From a virus (taxonomy: Duplodnaviria; Caudoviricetes), in the IMG/VR virus record IMGVR_UViG_3300032038_000073, positions 1,950 through 65,949 of that record: 64,000 nucleotides of DNA. The stretch is one strand, 5' to 3'. Below are positions 1 through 9,802 of this stretch, piece after piece. The position numbers and the translations under genes were made by a program. Position 1 is the stretch's first letter, and each line of letters begins with the position of its first letter. A model generated the notes under the pieces. That model was not told where the DNA came from. It did not search any database and worked only from the letters and a program-made list of their open reading frames with translations.

Positions 1-42
1 GCTAAAAGTTGATTCTGGACCGTAGAGGAAGGATGGTGAGCA

Positions 43-417
43 ATGAGCGGAGGCAGATTTAACTACATGGACCGCACTATTTGTACCGAGATATTCGATG
101 AGTACGCTGACTACGATTTGGAAGGCTTAAAAGACCTGAAGGATGCGAGAAAGCGTGTTCGCAGGAAGAACGTGTTTGAGGATGTGGAAATTTCCGAATT
201 GATCTTCGATGTTTTCTGCCTGATTCACTCCTACGACTGGTACGCAAGCGGAGACACCGGCGAAGATACCTATCGCAAGGATGTGGAATATTTCAAGCGC
301 AAATGGTTCGGCAAGACCGCAAAGCAGAGGGCTGAGAAGGTTGCCGGGGATGCGATTGAGGAATTTACAGAGGACATCAGGAAGATATTTGGCGTGGAGG
401 TACACGATTGCGAATAA
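43..417 (+). CDS. hypothetical phage protein
   Basis: 124-aa ORF, overlaps next gene, no recognised motif. Confidence 0.6.
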   Translation: MSGGRFNYMDRTICTEIFDEYADYDLEGLKDLKDARKRVRRKNVFEDVEISELIFDVFCLIHSYDWYASGDTGEDTYRKDVEYFKRKWFGKTAKQRAEKVAGDAIEEFTEDIRKIFGVEVHDCE

Positions 418-983
418 TCAGCGACATTAACCAGGTAACAGGCTCACATAAGCAGAGCAACGATTTCAACCATCGTAAACTCGTATACCTCGGACATTCC
501 GTATACTTCTATCCATTGCCATTTGGTGACTACATCGAGGCGACACCTGAGATTATCCACAAGTTGACGGTCATTGGTGCATCAAAAAAGAACGTCCAGA
601 AGAAGGACTTTGATGGATTAGTAAAGGTAGCTGTAGACCGGAAGAACAGCTTATCGGAAGTATGCGGAAATATCTGCTCTCATACCCATGAGCATGAACG
701 GTTCCGTAACGAGTGCATCAAGGCACAAGAAGCCGGGGCCAAGTTCTATGTCCTGATCGAGGACGATACCTGCAAGTCGGTTCAGGATGTGTTCAAGTGG
801 AATAATCCGAGGCGAGTTATCTGGCTGAGAAAGAAGGGACCTAAACCGAAAGTTGGTCCTGCGAGTGGTCCTACGCTTGCTAAAGCCATGATAACGATGG
901 AGAAGAAATACGGAGTGAAATTCGTGTTCTGCCCGAAAAATAAAGCTGCTGAGAAGATTGTCGAGTTATTAGGAGGTAAATGA
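408..983 (+). CDS. ERCC4-domain nuclease (resolvase-like)
   Basis: GGAGG RBS plus TTG; LPFGDY...VDRKNSLSEV...RFRNE...VLIE matches the ERCC4 GDY/ERK pattern. Confidence 0.7.
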   Translation: MRIISDINQVTGSHKQSNDFNHRKLVYLGHSVYFYPLPFGDYIEATPEIIHKLTVIGASKKNVQKKDFDGLVKVAVDRKNSLSEVCGNICSHTHEHERFRNECIKAQEAGAKFYVLIEDDTCKSVQDVFKWNNPRRVIWLRKKGPKPKVGPASGPTLAKAMITMEKKYGVKFVFCPKNKAAEKIVELLGGK

Positions 984-1339
984 CAATGCCCTGTTTGCCC
1001 AAGTATGCACCGCATTACGGCGTTGATGCTCCCAGGTATAAGGATGTTCGAGTTGCTGTTAGGGATGCTCTGATGCGTTATATCGGATGCGAATTTGAAC
1101 TTTACGGTGACGCAAGGGAAATCGCTCCCGGATTGAAGAGAAAATATGCTGTCCTCAAGGGCGTTTATCCTCACATTGCCTCATTCGAGGTTGCAGTGGG
1201 GCCTCATGGTGAGACGGTTAAAATTGGTCCTTCACTCGCTACGGTTGCTCTCTTTTTCAAACCGAAGGGAGCCACGAGGAAACAGTGGGACTTCTTTAAT
1301 ACGGCGTTGCTCGAAGGATGGTCGAAGGAGGACGAGTAA
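980..1339 (+). CDS. hypothetical protein, possible Veg-like fold
   Basis: VRDALMRYIGCEFELYG...KRKYAVLKGVYPHIASFEV resembles the Bacillota Veg pattern. Confidence 0.4.
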   Translation: MTMPCLPKYAPHYGVDAPRYKDVRVAVRDALMRYIGCEFELYGDAREIAPGLKRKYAVLKGVYPHIASFEVAVGPHGETVKIGPSLATVALFFKPKGATRKQWDFFNTALLEGWSKEDE

Positions 1340-2173
1340 ATGGCTAACAAAAGAATGTTTAGCCTTAATGTCGTTGATACGGACGCATTTTTAGACCTTC
1401 CGCTCTCAGCGCAGGCTCTTTACTTCCACCTTAATATGAGGGCTGATGACGATGGCTTTGTGAGCAATCCTAATCGCATCAGGCAGTATGTTGGAGCCGG
1501 TGTGGACGATTTGAAGTTGCTCCTCGCAAAAAGGTTCATTCTCGCCTTTGAGGATGGCGTGATCGTGATTAAACACTGGCGTATGCACAATACCATTAAG
1601 TCCGACCGATATACTCCTACGGTATATCAAGAGGACCTTGAGAGACTTGAGGTGAAGGACAACAAAGCCTATACGGAACGCAAGTTCGAAAATTTGGAAC
1701 CAAACTGGAACCAAACCGGAGCCAAATTGGAACCACAGAATAGATTAGGTTTAGATAAGAATAGTATAGGTTCAGAAGAGAATAGAGATACACCTGCTGA
1801 CGCAGTTGTTTATCAGTCTCCGACCGATGCTTTCGATCCGAAACCTATCATTTCTGCCTGGAATAGTCTTTCTGAGTATGGCGTTTCTCCTATCTCAAGG
1901 CTCTCAAATACAAGCACTCGCTACAAAATGCTTCGGACGAGAGTTAAGGAATATGGTGAAGAGACTGTCATCAAGGCCATAGAATCTATCGCTCAGAGCG
2001 ACTTCCTCACTGGCAAGGTTTCAAACTTCACGATTACATTCGACTGGTTTGTGAAACCAAATAACTTCCCGAAGGTCCTTGAGGGCAATTATCGCAACAA
2101 GAAGCGGCCTGATGGAAAAGATGCCGCCGAACCGAAATTTGACTTGGAGGTATGGGAAAATGAAGAAGGGTGA
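1340..2173 (+). CDS. phage replication initiator (replisome organiser)
   Basis: N-term MANKRMFS..VDTDAFLDLPLSAQALYFHL..ADDDGF; C-term FDWFVKPNNFPKVLEGNY; internal iterons. Confidence 0.9.
   Translation: MANKRMFSLNVVDTDAFLDLPLSAQALYFHLNMRADDDGFVSNPNRIRQYVGAGVDDLKLLLAKRFILAFEDGVIVIKHWRMHNTIKSDRYTPTVYQEDLERLEVKDNKAYTERKFENLEPNWNQTGAKLEPQNRLGLDKNSIGSEENRDTPADAVVYQSPTDAFDPKPIISAWNSLSEYGVSPISRLSNTSTRYKMLRTRVKEYGEETVIKAIESIAQSDFLTGKVSNFTITFDWFVKPNNFPKVLEGNYRNKKRPDGKDAAEPKFDLEVWENEEG
1695..1738 (+). repeat. four 11-bp iterons (TGGAACCAAAC), putative lytic origin
   Basis: Units at 1695, 1706, 1717, 1728 followed by an AT-rich stretch, inside the initiator gene as in lambda O. Confidence 0.8.
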
Positions 2174-2654
2174 GTTGGTACAGGTCTTTAAGTGGCTGTC
2201 AGGAATCGGCTATTCGCAGTTCGATGCGCCCAACGAGAACATGGCCAATGTCTGGTACGAAGTCTTGAAGGACATTCCCGAAGGATATGCTCTCAAGGGC
2301 GTTCAGGCTTACACAAGCGTGGTTCATCCCTACGAGCGGTTCCCTCTTCCGGCGAACATTAAAGAAGCTGCTCTTGGCCTTTTCAAGAAGGATGTTGAGG
2401 ATTCCAAGACCCAGGTCCTTCTCTGGCGAGAGTGCTTTGACAAGTGCCGGGCGTTCTTTCCCGGAGCCTACCATGAGGATGCAAGGGCTTGTTGGAAAGA
2501 GTTCGACAGAGCGGTAACTGCTATCGGTTCTCCTAACAATGTCCTGATGTTCGTTGAGGACCATGTAAGGGAATGTGAGATAAGCGGACGGATCAATGAG
2601 GTGGGGACACTCACTGAATACTTGAAGGATTTAGCCGATGGACACAAGGGCTGA
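2160..2654 (+). CDS. putative helicase loader/inhibitor (G39P-like)
   Basis: Lies between initiator and DnaB; VWYEVLKDIP..ALKGVQAY...FPLPANI. Confidence 0.55.
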   Translation: MKKGELVQVFKWLSGIGYSQFDAPNENMANVWYEVLKDIPEGYALKGVQAYTSVVHPYERFPLPANIKEAALGLFKKDVEDSKTQVLLWRECFDKCRAFFPGAYHEDARACWKEFDRAVTAIGSPNNVLMFVEDHVRECEISGRINEVGTLTEYLKDLADGHKG

Positions 2655-4029
2655 AACGGCACTTATCGGTGCTTTGGTAACTGACAATCAGCAGTGGAAG
2701 AAGGTCAAAAAGATTATCCGGCCTGAAATGTTCTACGATGCTTTGAACCGTTTGCTCTTCACTACGATTGGCAATGAGGTAGAAGCTGGTCATCAGGTCG
2801 ATGCGGTAATCCTCGCTGAGACTTGTTCCTCAGATGCCGTACCGAAAGAGGTAGTTATCAATCGGCTGACAGATGCGCTGACAACGGCTGAGACTTCTGC
2901 GCTTGCACCGAGATATGCCAGAGAAGCCCGGAAGCAGTGGGCGGTCTGGAAGTATAACGGTCTTGTCAATGGTGGCCTTGAGGTTGCTACTACTCAGACC
3001 ATTGGTGAGAGAGCCGAAACGCTGAAAGCCATAGCTGAAAGCCTGATGGACGTTGAGGAAGAATCAGACAGAGGTAAAACGCTTGCCGAGGTTGCAAGGC
3101 AGTACAAGGGAGACTACTTCTGCGACAAAGCTAAAGCCCCTTACGATACCGGCTTTCCACTTCTTGATGAAACTGTCCAGCTTGCTCCTGGTGATGTGAC
3201 GATCATTGCCGCAAGGCCGTCAGTCGGTAAGTCGGCACTGGTTACTCAGATTGCAAAGCATATTGCCGACAGTGGCAAAAAGGTCGGATTCTTCTCCTTG
3301 GAAATGTCACAGAAACAATGCTATGAGCGATTCGTAGTTGCGATTAGTGGCATTGGCCTGACGAGACTTAAAAAAGCGGTTGCCTACACCAACGATGAAG
3401 AAGAGCGGTTCCGTAAGGCTAATGATGCTCTTGAGAAGTCCGAGACATTACGGCTTTATGAGGAATCCTACACGGTCGATGGAATGAGGGCTGAATGTGA
3501 ATCAAGAGGGTTTGATGTGGTCATTGTTGACTACCTACAACTTGTCTCTTCCTCCGACAGATACAAAGGTAATCGTGTCCAGGAGGTAACTGAGGTAAGC
3601 CGTGGGTTAAAACAGATGGCAAGCGATCTTCACTGTCATGTGATTGCTCTTTCGCAGTTCAACCGGGCGGCGGCTAACGATGATAACGGTGAACCTACTT
3701 CTGACCAGTTGCGAGAATCAGGAGCGTTGGAGCAGGATGCGTCTAACATCTGGCTACTGTGGAACAGCGACAAGGACGATAACAAAAAGAAAATCCTCAA
3801 GGTCGATAAAAACAGGCAGGGGCCTCGATTCGTGAAGATTGAGTTATCCTTCAACGGCGATTCAATGAGGTTTGAGGAAGTTGGAATTGTTGAGGGCAAG
3901 AAGGTGGTCCGAGAATCACCTAAAAGCCGGAGAGACTTCAAGACCAAAGATACTGATAACGGTCCTTTCATGGACGCTGATGCGGCTCCCTTCCAAGTTG
4001 GGATGCCAGAAGATTTCTTGTGGAGGTGA
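2638..4029 (+). CDS. dnaB: replicative DNA helicase
   Basis: AARPSVGKS Walker A, FFSLEM, IVDYLQL, LSQFNR, DQLRESGALEQDA, KNRQG. Confidence 0.97.
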   Translation: MDTRAETALIGALVTDNQQWKKVKKIIRPEMFYDALNRLLFTTIGNEVEAGHQVDAVILAETCSSDAVPKEVVINRLTDALTTAETSALAPRYAREARKQWAVWKYNGLVNGGLEVATTQTIGERAETLKAIAESLMDVEEESDRGKTLAEVARQYKGDYFCDKAKAPYDTGFPLLDETVQLAPGDVTIIAARPSVGKSALVTQIAKHIADSGKKVGFFSLEMSQKQCYERFVVAISGIGLTRLKKAVAYTNDEEERFRKANDALEKSETLRLYEESYTVDGMRAECESRGFDVVIVDYLQLVSSSDRYKGNRVQEVTEVSRGLKQMASDLHCHVIALSQFNRAAANDDNGEPTSDQLRESGALEQDASNIWLLWNSDKDDNKKKILKVDKNRQGPRFVKIELSFNGDSMRFEEVGIVEGKKVVRESPKSRRDFKTKDTDNGPFMDADAAPFQVGMPEDFLWR

Positions 4030-4033
4030 GAAA

Positions 4034-4672
4034 TTGAACGTTATGAGAAACGGCGAGGGCTATCATGACCCGACAGCCGGTGTAGCAATCGGGAACGCAT
4101 TTGTTCCGACAGTCGGACATATTTACACAAACGGCAGTAACCCTGGTTATGTGGTCCCATTGAAAATCTACGAACAGGTGGCGGTCGGCTACAAGTTGGA
4201 CACAAGTATTCCGTATTCAAGCGACTACATCATTGAGGTTGACAACTATATGGTTGACCCTCGCAAAGTCATTAACATTGTTACGAGCCGACTTGGTGAG
4301 GACTTGGGACCGCTCTCTCCTGATGACACGAAGATGCTGCTTGAGCAGTTGGCAAAGTTCTGCGGTGGTGAGTTTATTCCGGTCGATACGGCGAGTGAAC
4401 TTAGTACTGCCAGAGAAAAGGCACAGAAGTATCAGTCTCTCTACGAAAGCACATCTGCTGAACTTGAGATAGCCAACGAAGAGATTGAACGACTGAGGGC
4501 GGAACTTGAGATGAAGAAGAAACTGCCGGTTGTACTGGACGAGGTATTTGAACCTCACGAATGCAAGGTGAAGCCGATTCCCGTTGATCTCATTAAGGCC
4601 AATGCTGAGAGGGATGTTTATAAGAGGCTCTATGAGGAATTGCTTGAAAAGATGTTGAAAGGAGGAGCGTGA
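4034..4672 (+). CDS. hypothetical coiled-coil phage protein
   Basis: GGAGGTG RBS plus TTG; RNGEGYHDPTAG N-term motif; C-term coiled coil. Confidence 0.6.
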   Translation: MNVMRNGEGYHDPTAGVAIGNAFVPTVGHIYTNGSNPGYVVPLKIYEQVAVGYKLDTSIPYSSDYIIEVDNYMVDPRKVINIVTSRLGEDLGPLSPDDTKMLLEQLAKFCGGEFIPVDTASELSTAREKAQKYQSLYESTSAELEIANEEIERLRAELEMKKKLPVVLDEVFEPHECKVKPIPVDLIKANAERDVYKRLYEELLEKMLKGGA

Positions 4673-5016
4673 CGGCAATGCTGACAAGGGAAGAAGCGTT
4701 GAGAAAGCATCGGGAAATGTGGACTGCAATGCAGAAGGAGTTGGGGGATAATCCGGGCAAGTGGGAGAGGATACGCTTTAAAACCGACTGGTGCGAACAG
4801 CACGAGGAAGACAAGATATACTGCCATTGCTATCTTTGCCAGTATGTGAATGAGCGTGGTCTTAGCTGTGATGACTGTCCTATTATTTGGGACAACGAAG
4901 TGTCATCTTGCTCAATGGCATATGTCAGTTATAAGTTCGCTCCTCTCTCCGAAATCCTTGCACTCCCTGAGAGAAAGGTAGAAAAAAATGGCATGGTGGC
5001 AGAGACGGAATCTTAA
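4669..5016 (+). CDS. hypothetical Cys-rich protein
   Basis: CHCYLCQY..CDDCP; overlapping start/stop. Confidence 0.55.
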   Translation: MTAMLTREEALRKHREMWTAMQKELGDNPGKWERIRFKTDWCEQHEEDKIYCHCYLCQYVNERGLSCDDCPIIWDNEVSSCSMAYVSYKFAPLSEILALPERKVEKNGMVAETES

Positions 5017-5212
5017 GGATTGTCCTTTCTGTGGCGGTCTGGCTGACTTCTTTAAACAGTCTCCTGCCTGGGGCGTTGGTAAGGCAATGTGGTCTGTAGG
5101 TTGCACCAATGATGCGTGTCCGGTTCATCCCGAAACTCCTGCCTATCAGCAGAAAGAGGATGCGGAAGATGCGTGGAATACACGGCCTGAGAAGAAAGGA
5201 TGGTTTGGATGA
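4988..5212 (+). CDS. Lar-family restriction alleviation protein
   Basis: LKDCPFCGG...VGCTNDAC...EDAEDAWNTR. Confidence 0.8.
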   Translation: MAWWQRRNLKDCPFCGGLADFFKQSPAWGVGKAMWSVGCTNDACPVHPETPAYQQKEDAEDAWNTRPEKKGWFG

Positions 5213-5427
5213 AGAACTTGGTTAACCGTGACGATGCGCTGATGTGTCTGACCGGCGACATTACCGGGATGACCATTGAGGACTACATCAAGATGGTTGA
5301 GGAAAGAGTTAAGGCGTTGCCCAATGCCAAACCGGGTGCGGAAGATTGTTGGGGGTGTAATTGTCCGAAGATGGAGCGGTTGACTTTGTTCACTGATTGC
5401 TCATTGAAACGAGGAGGGAAACGATGA
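5209..5427 (+). CDS. hypothetical protein
   Basis: Coupled ORF with LVNRDDAL motif. Confidence 0.5.
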   Translation: MKNLVNRDDALMCLTGDITGMTIEDYIKMVEERVKALPNAKPGAEDCWGCNCPKMERLTLFTDCSLKRGGKR

Positions 5428-5678
5428 CACACAGAGAAGCAGTGGAGTACATCATCAAACGATGTAACCGTGATTATCCGAACGGCAAACTTGAATGGGA
5501 ACTGGCAATGAATATGGCGATTGATGCACTGAAAAAGCAGATTCCGATGCCGGTTAGAATCACGACTTCGACAAAAAGGTGCGGTAATTGTGGACGGCAG
5601 TTATCAGGAATTGGGAACATTCATCCTGAAAGAAATTATTGCGTGAAGTGCGGTCAGGCGACTGATTGGGGGGGATAA
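5424..5678 (+). CDS. zinc-ribbon protein
   Basis: RCGNCG...NYCVKCGQATDW. Confidence 0.65.
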   Translation: MTHREAVEYIIKRCNRDYPNGKLEWELAMNMAIDALKKQIPMPVRITTSTKRCGNCGRQLSGIGNIHPERNYCVKCGQATDWGG

Positions 5679-5814
5679 ACGATGAATCAGAAACCGACAA
5701 CGCCGAGTGAAATGGTTGAAGAATTGAAAGCGACCGGCAAATATATCTGCGGTGTGAATGGACTGCCGTGTTCGTTTTGCGAGTTGTACTGCGAACACAG
5801 AAAGGAGAGAGACG

Positions 5815-6141
5815 ATGGCGAAACCTGAGATTGTAAAACTCATTGAAGAGAATCCTGACCTGCCGATTATTCCGATGGTTGACAGTGAAGTGGTCGCAGA
5901 TGACGGAGGATATTGGGTCGGCAAATGGGGACGTTGCGAAGCAACTGAATATTACAGCGGTCGCGAATACATTCACTTCCGGGATGACGATGAGGAAGAT
6001 GTTCTGAACGATATGGTCGGATGTAAGTACGGCTACGATTCTCAGGGCAGAGATATTTACGACTTGACCGATGAGGAATGGGATGCGCTTTACGATTCAC
6101 TTCCTTGGAAGAGATGTATCGCCGTTTATATCACGACATGA
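5815..6141 (+). CDS. hypothetical acidic protein
   Basis: AAAGGAG RBS; LIEENPDLPIIPMVDSEVV. Confidence 0.6.
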   Translation: MAKPEIVKLIEENPDLPIIPMVDSEVVADDGGYWVGKWGRCEATEYYSGREYIHFRDDDEEDVLNDMVGCKYGYDSQGRDIYDLTDEEWDALYDSLPWKRCIAVYITT

Positions 6142-6153
6142 GTGAGGGAAGCA

Positions 6154-6339
6154 ATGGCTAAGTATCGTGTGTGGGTTCGGCTTGAAGCTGAGTATGATGA
6201 CATTGAAGCTGATAGCGAGGAGGAGGCTTTTGAAATTGCAAGCGACTGCGCTATGGGAGGCGGCAGTTGGGAAAAAGATGTGGAGTTGATTGAGGGGGAC
6301 GAGGATGAAGGAGACGATTTACAGGCAGGATGCGATTGA
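6154..6339 (+). CDS. hypothetical acidic protein
   Basis: YDDIEADSEEEAFEIA motif. Confidence 0.55.
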   Translation: MAKYRVWVRLEAEYDDIEADSEEEAFEIASDCAMGGGSWEKDVELIEGDEDEGDDLQAGCD

Positions 6340-6739
6340 TGCAATTAACCATATTTGCCCGGTAGACACAGAATACGATTGCACATTGTTGGACCGGGTG
6401 GATGTTAGATATGTTTTGTCGGATTTGCCAACCGCACAACCGGAGATCACAGACGAGCAAGCGATAGATCATTTGCAAAAATCTGGATGGATGCAAAGCC
6501 ATGATAAGCAGATGTACGAGGCGGGATTGAAAGAACAGCTTGCCGATGATGGTGGTAGCTATGATGCTCTTTTGCCGTCCGCTGACAGTGTTTCAAAAAA
6601 AGATGTGCATGAATGGCTCCTGGCGTATTACGAAGAATCATTTGATCTAATGGGCCGATACTATCCACACGAGGTTATATCTTGGCTTATAAACGACTTT
6701 ACAAAAGGATTTATTGCAGAGAGGAGACGGAATGAGTGA
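6305..6739 (+). CDS. xxISRQxAID-family modular protein
   Basis: IYRQDAID N-term; C-term shared with next gene. Confidence 0.6.
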   Translation: MKETIYRQDAIDAINHICPVDTEYDCTLLDRVDVRYVLSDLPTAQPEITDEQAIDHLQKSGWMQSHDKQMYEAGLKEQLADDGGSYDALLPSADSVSKKDVHEWLLAYYEESFDLMGRYYPHEVISWLINDFTKGFIAERRRNE

Positions 6740-7010
6740 TTTAATCAGCAGACAGGCGGCGATTGATATGCTGAAGAATAGATGGAAGAAAACCCGCAAT
6801 TATGAAGGCATCGGCGATGACATCGCTGAAGAATGTGAACTGTACTTGAAGCAAGTGCCGTCCGCACAGCCAGATTATCAAGAAGTATTAGGTTGGCTAT
6901 TGGCATATCACACAAAGTCGTTTGATTTGCATGGGCGGTATCTCCCACACGAGGTTATATCTTGGCTTATAAACGACTTTACAAAAGGATTTATTGCAGA
7001 GAGGAGACGG
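6665..7010 (+). repeat. 66-bp exact direct repeat (6665-6730 and 6945-7010)
   Basis: CCACACGAGGTTATATC...GAGGAGACGG identical in both copies, 280 bp apart. Confidence 0.95.
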
Positions 7011-7028
7011 GATGAGCGATTTAATTAG
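6732..7028 (+). CDS. SDLISRQ-family modular protein
   Basis: MSDLISRQAAID; C-term YxPHEVISWLINDFTKGFIAERRR. Confidence 0.6.
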   Translation: MSDLISRQAAIDMLKNRWKKTRNYEGIGDDIAEECELYLKQVPSAQPDYQEVLGWLLAYHTKSFDLHGRYLPHEVISWLINDFTKGFIAERRRDERFN

Positions 7029-7242
7029 CAGGCAGGCTTTACTTGCAGAATATGACCGAGTACACGTTGGACCGCCAGGGGGAGCAAGAAAACTGATTGA
7101 GGATGCGCCGAGTGTTGAAGCGATCCCGGTCAAGTGGATTGAAGAATATGCAACGTGTCTCGAAAAGCCAGCGGACGTTTATCTCGCTGAGAAAGTATTA
7201 TTGACGGCGATGATTAAAAAGTGGAGGGAGGAGAAAACGTGA
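7012..7242 (+). CDS. SDLISRQ-family protein
   Basis: MSDLISRQALL...LIEDAPSVEAIPVKWI. Confidence 0.6.
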   Translation: MSDLISRQALLAEYDRVHVGPPGGARKLIEDAPSVEAIPVKWIEEYATCLEKPADVYLAEKVLLTAMIKKWREEKT

Positions 7243-7379
7243 ACACGATTTACTGCATTATGCCGGTCGTGGCAATCCTGCTTGTAGCCGCTATTGGTTC
7301 ATCGGCAGAAGCCGAAGCATGGAGAGCTGACAGAGCATGGGAGAAGGAAGTGGGGATGTACAGAATGAGGAGGTAAGAT

Positions 7380-8645
7380 ATGGAGTACAGCGCAGGCAAC
7401 GGAACCTACCCGGATGCGCCCCAAAATAGGTATGTGAACAGGGGTGCGAGATATGCGAAACGGCGTGATACGTGGTCTGCGGACCGTATGCGAGGATTTC
7501 TGAGGATGCCTAAAGCCTTACACGGCGAAGGCGATTTAAGCAAGGAAATTCGGTCATATCTCGAAAAAGCCCCGGAAGGTGTGCGATTCGATAGGTTCAG
7601 AAAAGCCCGAATTTACACCACTATAGCCGGGATAGGGTGGGGCGTGTTGACAATTTATACTCAACAGCCCATTCGAGTTATCCTGACCGCTGCCTTCCTC
7701 AACCTTGCGCTACTCATTTGGCTTGACGCTTTCGGCCTGTTCAAAACACTGCTTGCTGAACCGACACGGATCATTCTTGCATTGCAGATTGCGGCGTGGG
7801 TCGTTTTCGCCAACACACGAGTGGCTAACTTTGGATGGTGTTGTTTGGTCTTGACCGCTGCCACGGCAGTTCTTATGGCAGCACTCAATCGTACATGGCT
7901 TGCGAGGGAAACGTACAATCGGACAGTCGGCGTTAAGATGGCATTGCAGGAGTTGTTACCCGAAGACGTTGAAGCTGCGTGGTGCAAACTTGAGGGTGAG
8001 GTCAATGCTCTGGCTTATGAAGCTGGTGCGCCAGTTAGGGACCCGGCTGACCAGATAGTGAGGAAGTTATGTACTATCAGGGGCCTTGAAGCAGGAATGG
8101 CAGGCTTGCGAGAAGCGGTTGCTGAGAGAGACTTTGCTAAACAATGTTATGCCGAGTTGGGTGAGAAGTACGATAAGGCATTGGCTGATTTGAAGTCGGT
8201 CTATCAGTACATGCAAGAGAAGGATACGCTAATTCCTGACCTTGAGGTACAGGTCGAGAAGTACAAGGACATGTACGATTACTGGTCGGGCAGAGCAAGT
8301 CGGGCGGAGGAATCGTATGCCACAATCAAAGAGAGGGAGCAGGGTTATGAAGCGCAGATTGTCGAACTGAAACTCGAAATCCAAAACTTAAAGATGGAGT
8401 TGTCCGCACTCACTGATGCATCGGTAGTCGATGAAGGTGAAGCGATCACTCCTACCAGAATTGACCAGGAGACAATGATTGTTAATTTCCTTTGCACCAA
8501 GAATCCTGACACTGGTGAATGGAATGGGATTAAGCGTACCGCTCGTGAGTTTGGCGTAACTGATTACATGGTCCGAAAGATTGTTAAGGACCGGAAAGAA
8601 GAGATTGACGCTGAAAGGCGTAGACTTGTTGAGGAGGCGATTTAA
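7380..8645 (+). CDS. membrane protein with coiled coil and C-terminal HTH
   Basis: About 4 hydrophobic helices, long heptad region, GIKRTAREFGVTDYMVRKIV. Confidence 0.6.
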   Translation: MEYSAGNGTYPDAPQNRYVNRGARYAKRRDTWSADRMRGFLRMPKALHGEGDLSKEIRSYLEKAPEGVRFDRFRKARIYTTIAGIGWGVLTIYTQQPIRVILTAAFLNLALLIWLDAFGLFKTLLAEPTRIILALQIAAWVVFANTRVANFGWCCLVLTAATAVLMAALNRTWLARETYNRTVGVKMALQELLPEDVEAAWCKLEGEVNALAYEAGAPVRDPADQIVRKLCTIRGLEAGMAGLREAVAERDFAKQCYAELGEKYDKALADLKSVYQYMQEKDTLIPDLEVQVEKYKDMYDYWSGRASRAEESYATIKEREQGYEAQIVELKLEIQNLKMELSALTDASVVDEGEAITPTRIDQETMIVNFLCTKNPDTGEWNGIKRTAREFGVTDYMVRKIVKDRKEEIDAERRRLVEEAI

Positions 8646-9103
8646 TGGCAGTGAAAAGTTTCAAAAAGGGCGACCGGGAGTTTTCGTTTTTTGGGAACTT
8701 CTGGACATTCGCACAGGCGTATTGGTCCCCGGAGAAAAACGATGATTACAAAAATGGCCTGCTGAGAGATTCAAATAAGTTGTGGCTTCACTTCTGTGCT
8801 GATGAGGACGGTAAACTCAAGGACGATATTTCCTCACGGCGCATGGATGCAATCGTCAGGGCCTTCACATGTTTCGAGGAACACAATTTCATTAAGGACT
8901 TCACTGCCTACGTTGACAAGTTTTCGGATGCTGACAGCGAGGAAATGTGGGACGAGTTCTTGAAAGAAGCGGACCGGCTTATCGCTCTGTACTGCGAGGG
9001 TGAATCGTGGACAGCCAGAAAGAGACGCAAGATGATTGTCGATTTTCTTTACAACGTTAATGCCGAGTTGGAGCGCAGAAGAAAAGAAAAGGAGAACGGC
9101 TGA
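8645..9103 (+). CDS. hypothetical protein
   Basis: 152-aa coupled ORF. Confidence 0.6.
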   Translation: MAVKSFKKGDREFSFFGNFWTFAQAYWSPEKNDDYKNGLLRDSNKLWLHFCADEDGKLKDDISSRRMDAIVRAFTCFEEHNFIKDFTAYVDKFSDADSEEMWDEFLKEADRLIALYCEGESWTARKRRKMIVDFLYNVNAELERRRKEKENG

Positions 9104-9177
9104 TGGATAAGAGTACGTTTGTGATAATTGTCGTTTTAGTTATCATCGGATACGTGTTCGTGAAAGCGGGTGAGTAA

Positions 9178-9615
9178 ATGGCAGGACTGTCTAAGAAGGA
9201 GCAGCAATGGAGAATGGAAGGTTTTGCATGGGCGGTCGAAATGGCAAACAAGGCCAAGGATAAGGGCGAAGATCCATTGACTGTTCTCAATAAGGAACTT
9301 GCTCTGAGGAACCGGACCGGCGTGTTCATCTTCAAAAACATGCGTGATTTACTCACTGAGGACACGACTTACAAAGTAGTTCTTTCGGGAACGATGAAGG
9401 CCGTTGCTCTGATGTGCTTGTGGGAAGTGTTCGACTTCGGCTTGACACGAATGGAACGATTCGAGGAGTGCTACCATCGTTACGTTAACTCCATCTTTAA
9501 CGGAACAACTGAGTGGTCGGCAATCTTTGAACTTCTGGAATCGAAGGGAGTTCACATTGACTTGAGTGACGAAATCAGGCAGGCGTTGGAGGCTTCGACC
9601 GATGGCACTAAGTGA
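9178..9615 (+). CDS. hypothetical phage protein
   Basis: RMEGFAWAVE..LNKELALR..FDFGLTRMERF. Confidence 0.6.
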   Translation: MAGLSKKEQQWRMEGFAWAVEMANKAKDKGEDPLTVLNKELALRNRTGVFIFKNMRDLLTEDTTYKVVLSGTMKAVALMCLWEVFDFGLTRMERFEECYHRYVNSIFNGTTEWSAIFELLESKGVHIDLSDEIRQALEASTDGTK

Positions 9616-9802
9616 GCGCATAAATCTTGATGATGACCTGGGGAACAACATGCTTTTCATTGCTATTAGCGCATTGATGAAGAGCCTTGCGAAAAATGCA
9701 CGAGGGCCGAACTGCCCTGAATGTTGCAAGGACATTGATGTTGGTGACAGGTATTGCCGTCACTGCGGACAGAAGTTGCGTTGGGAGAATACTGATGGTT
9801 AA
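9602..9802 (+). CDS. zinc-ribbon protein
   Basis: NCPECC...YCRHCGQKLRW. Confidence 0.55.
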   Translation: MALSERINLDDDLGNNMLFIAISALMKSLAKNARGPNCPECCKDIDVGDRYCRHCGQKLRWENTDG

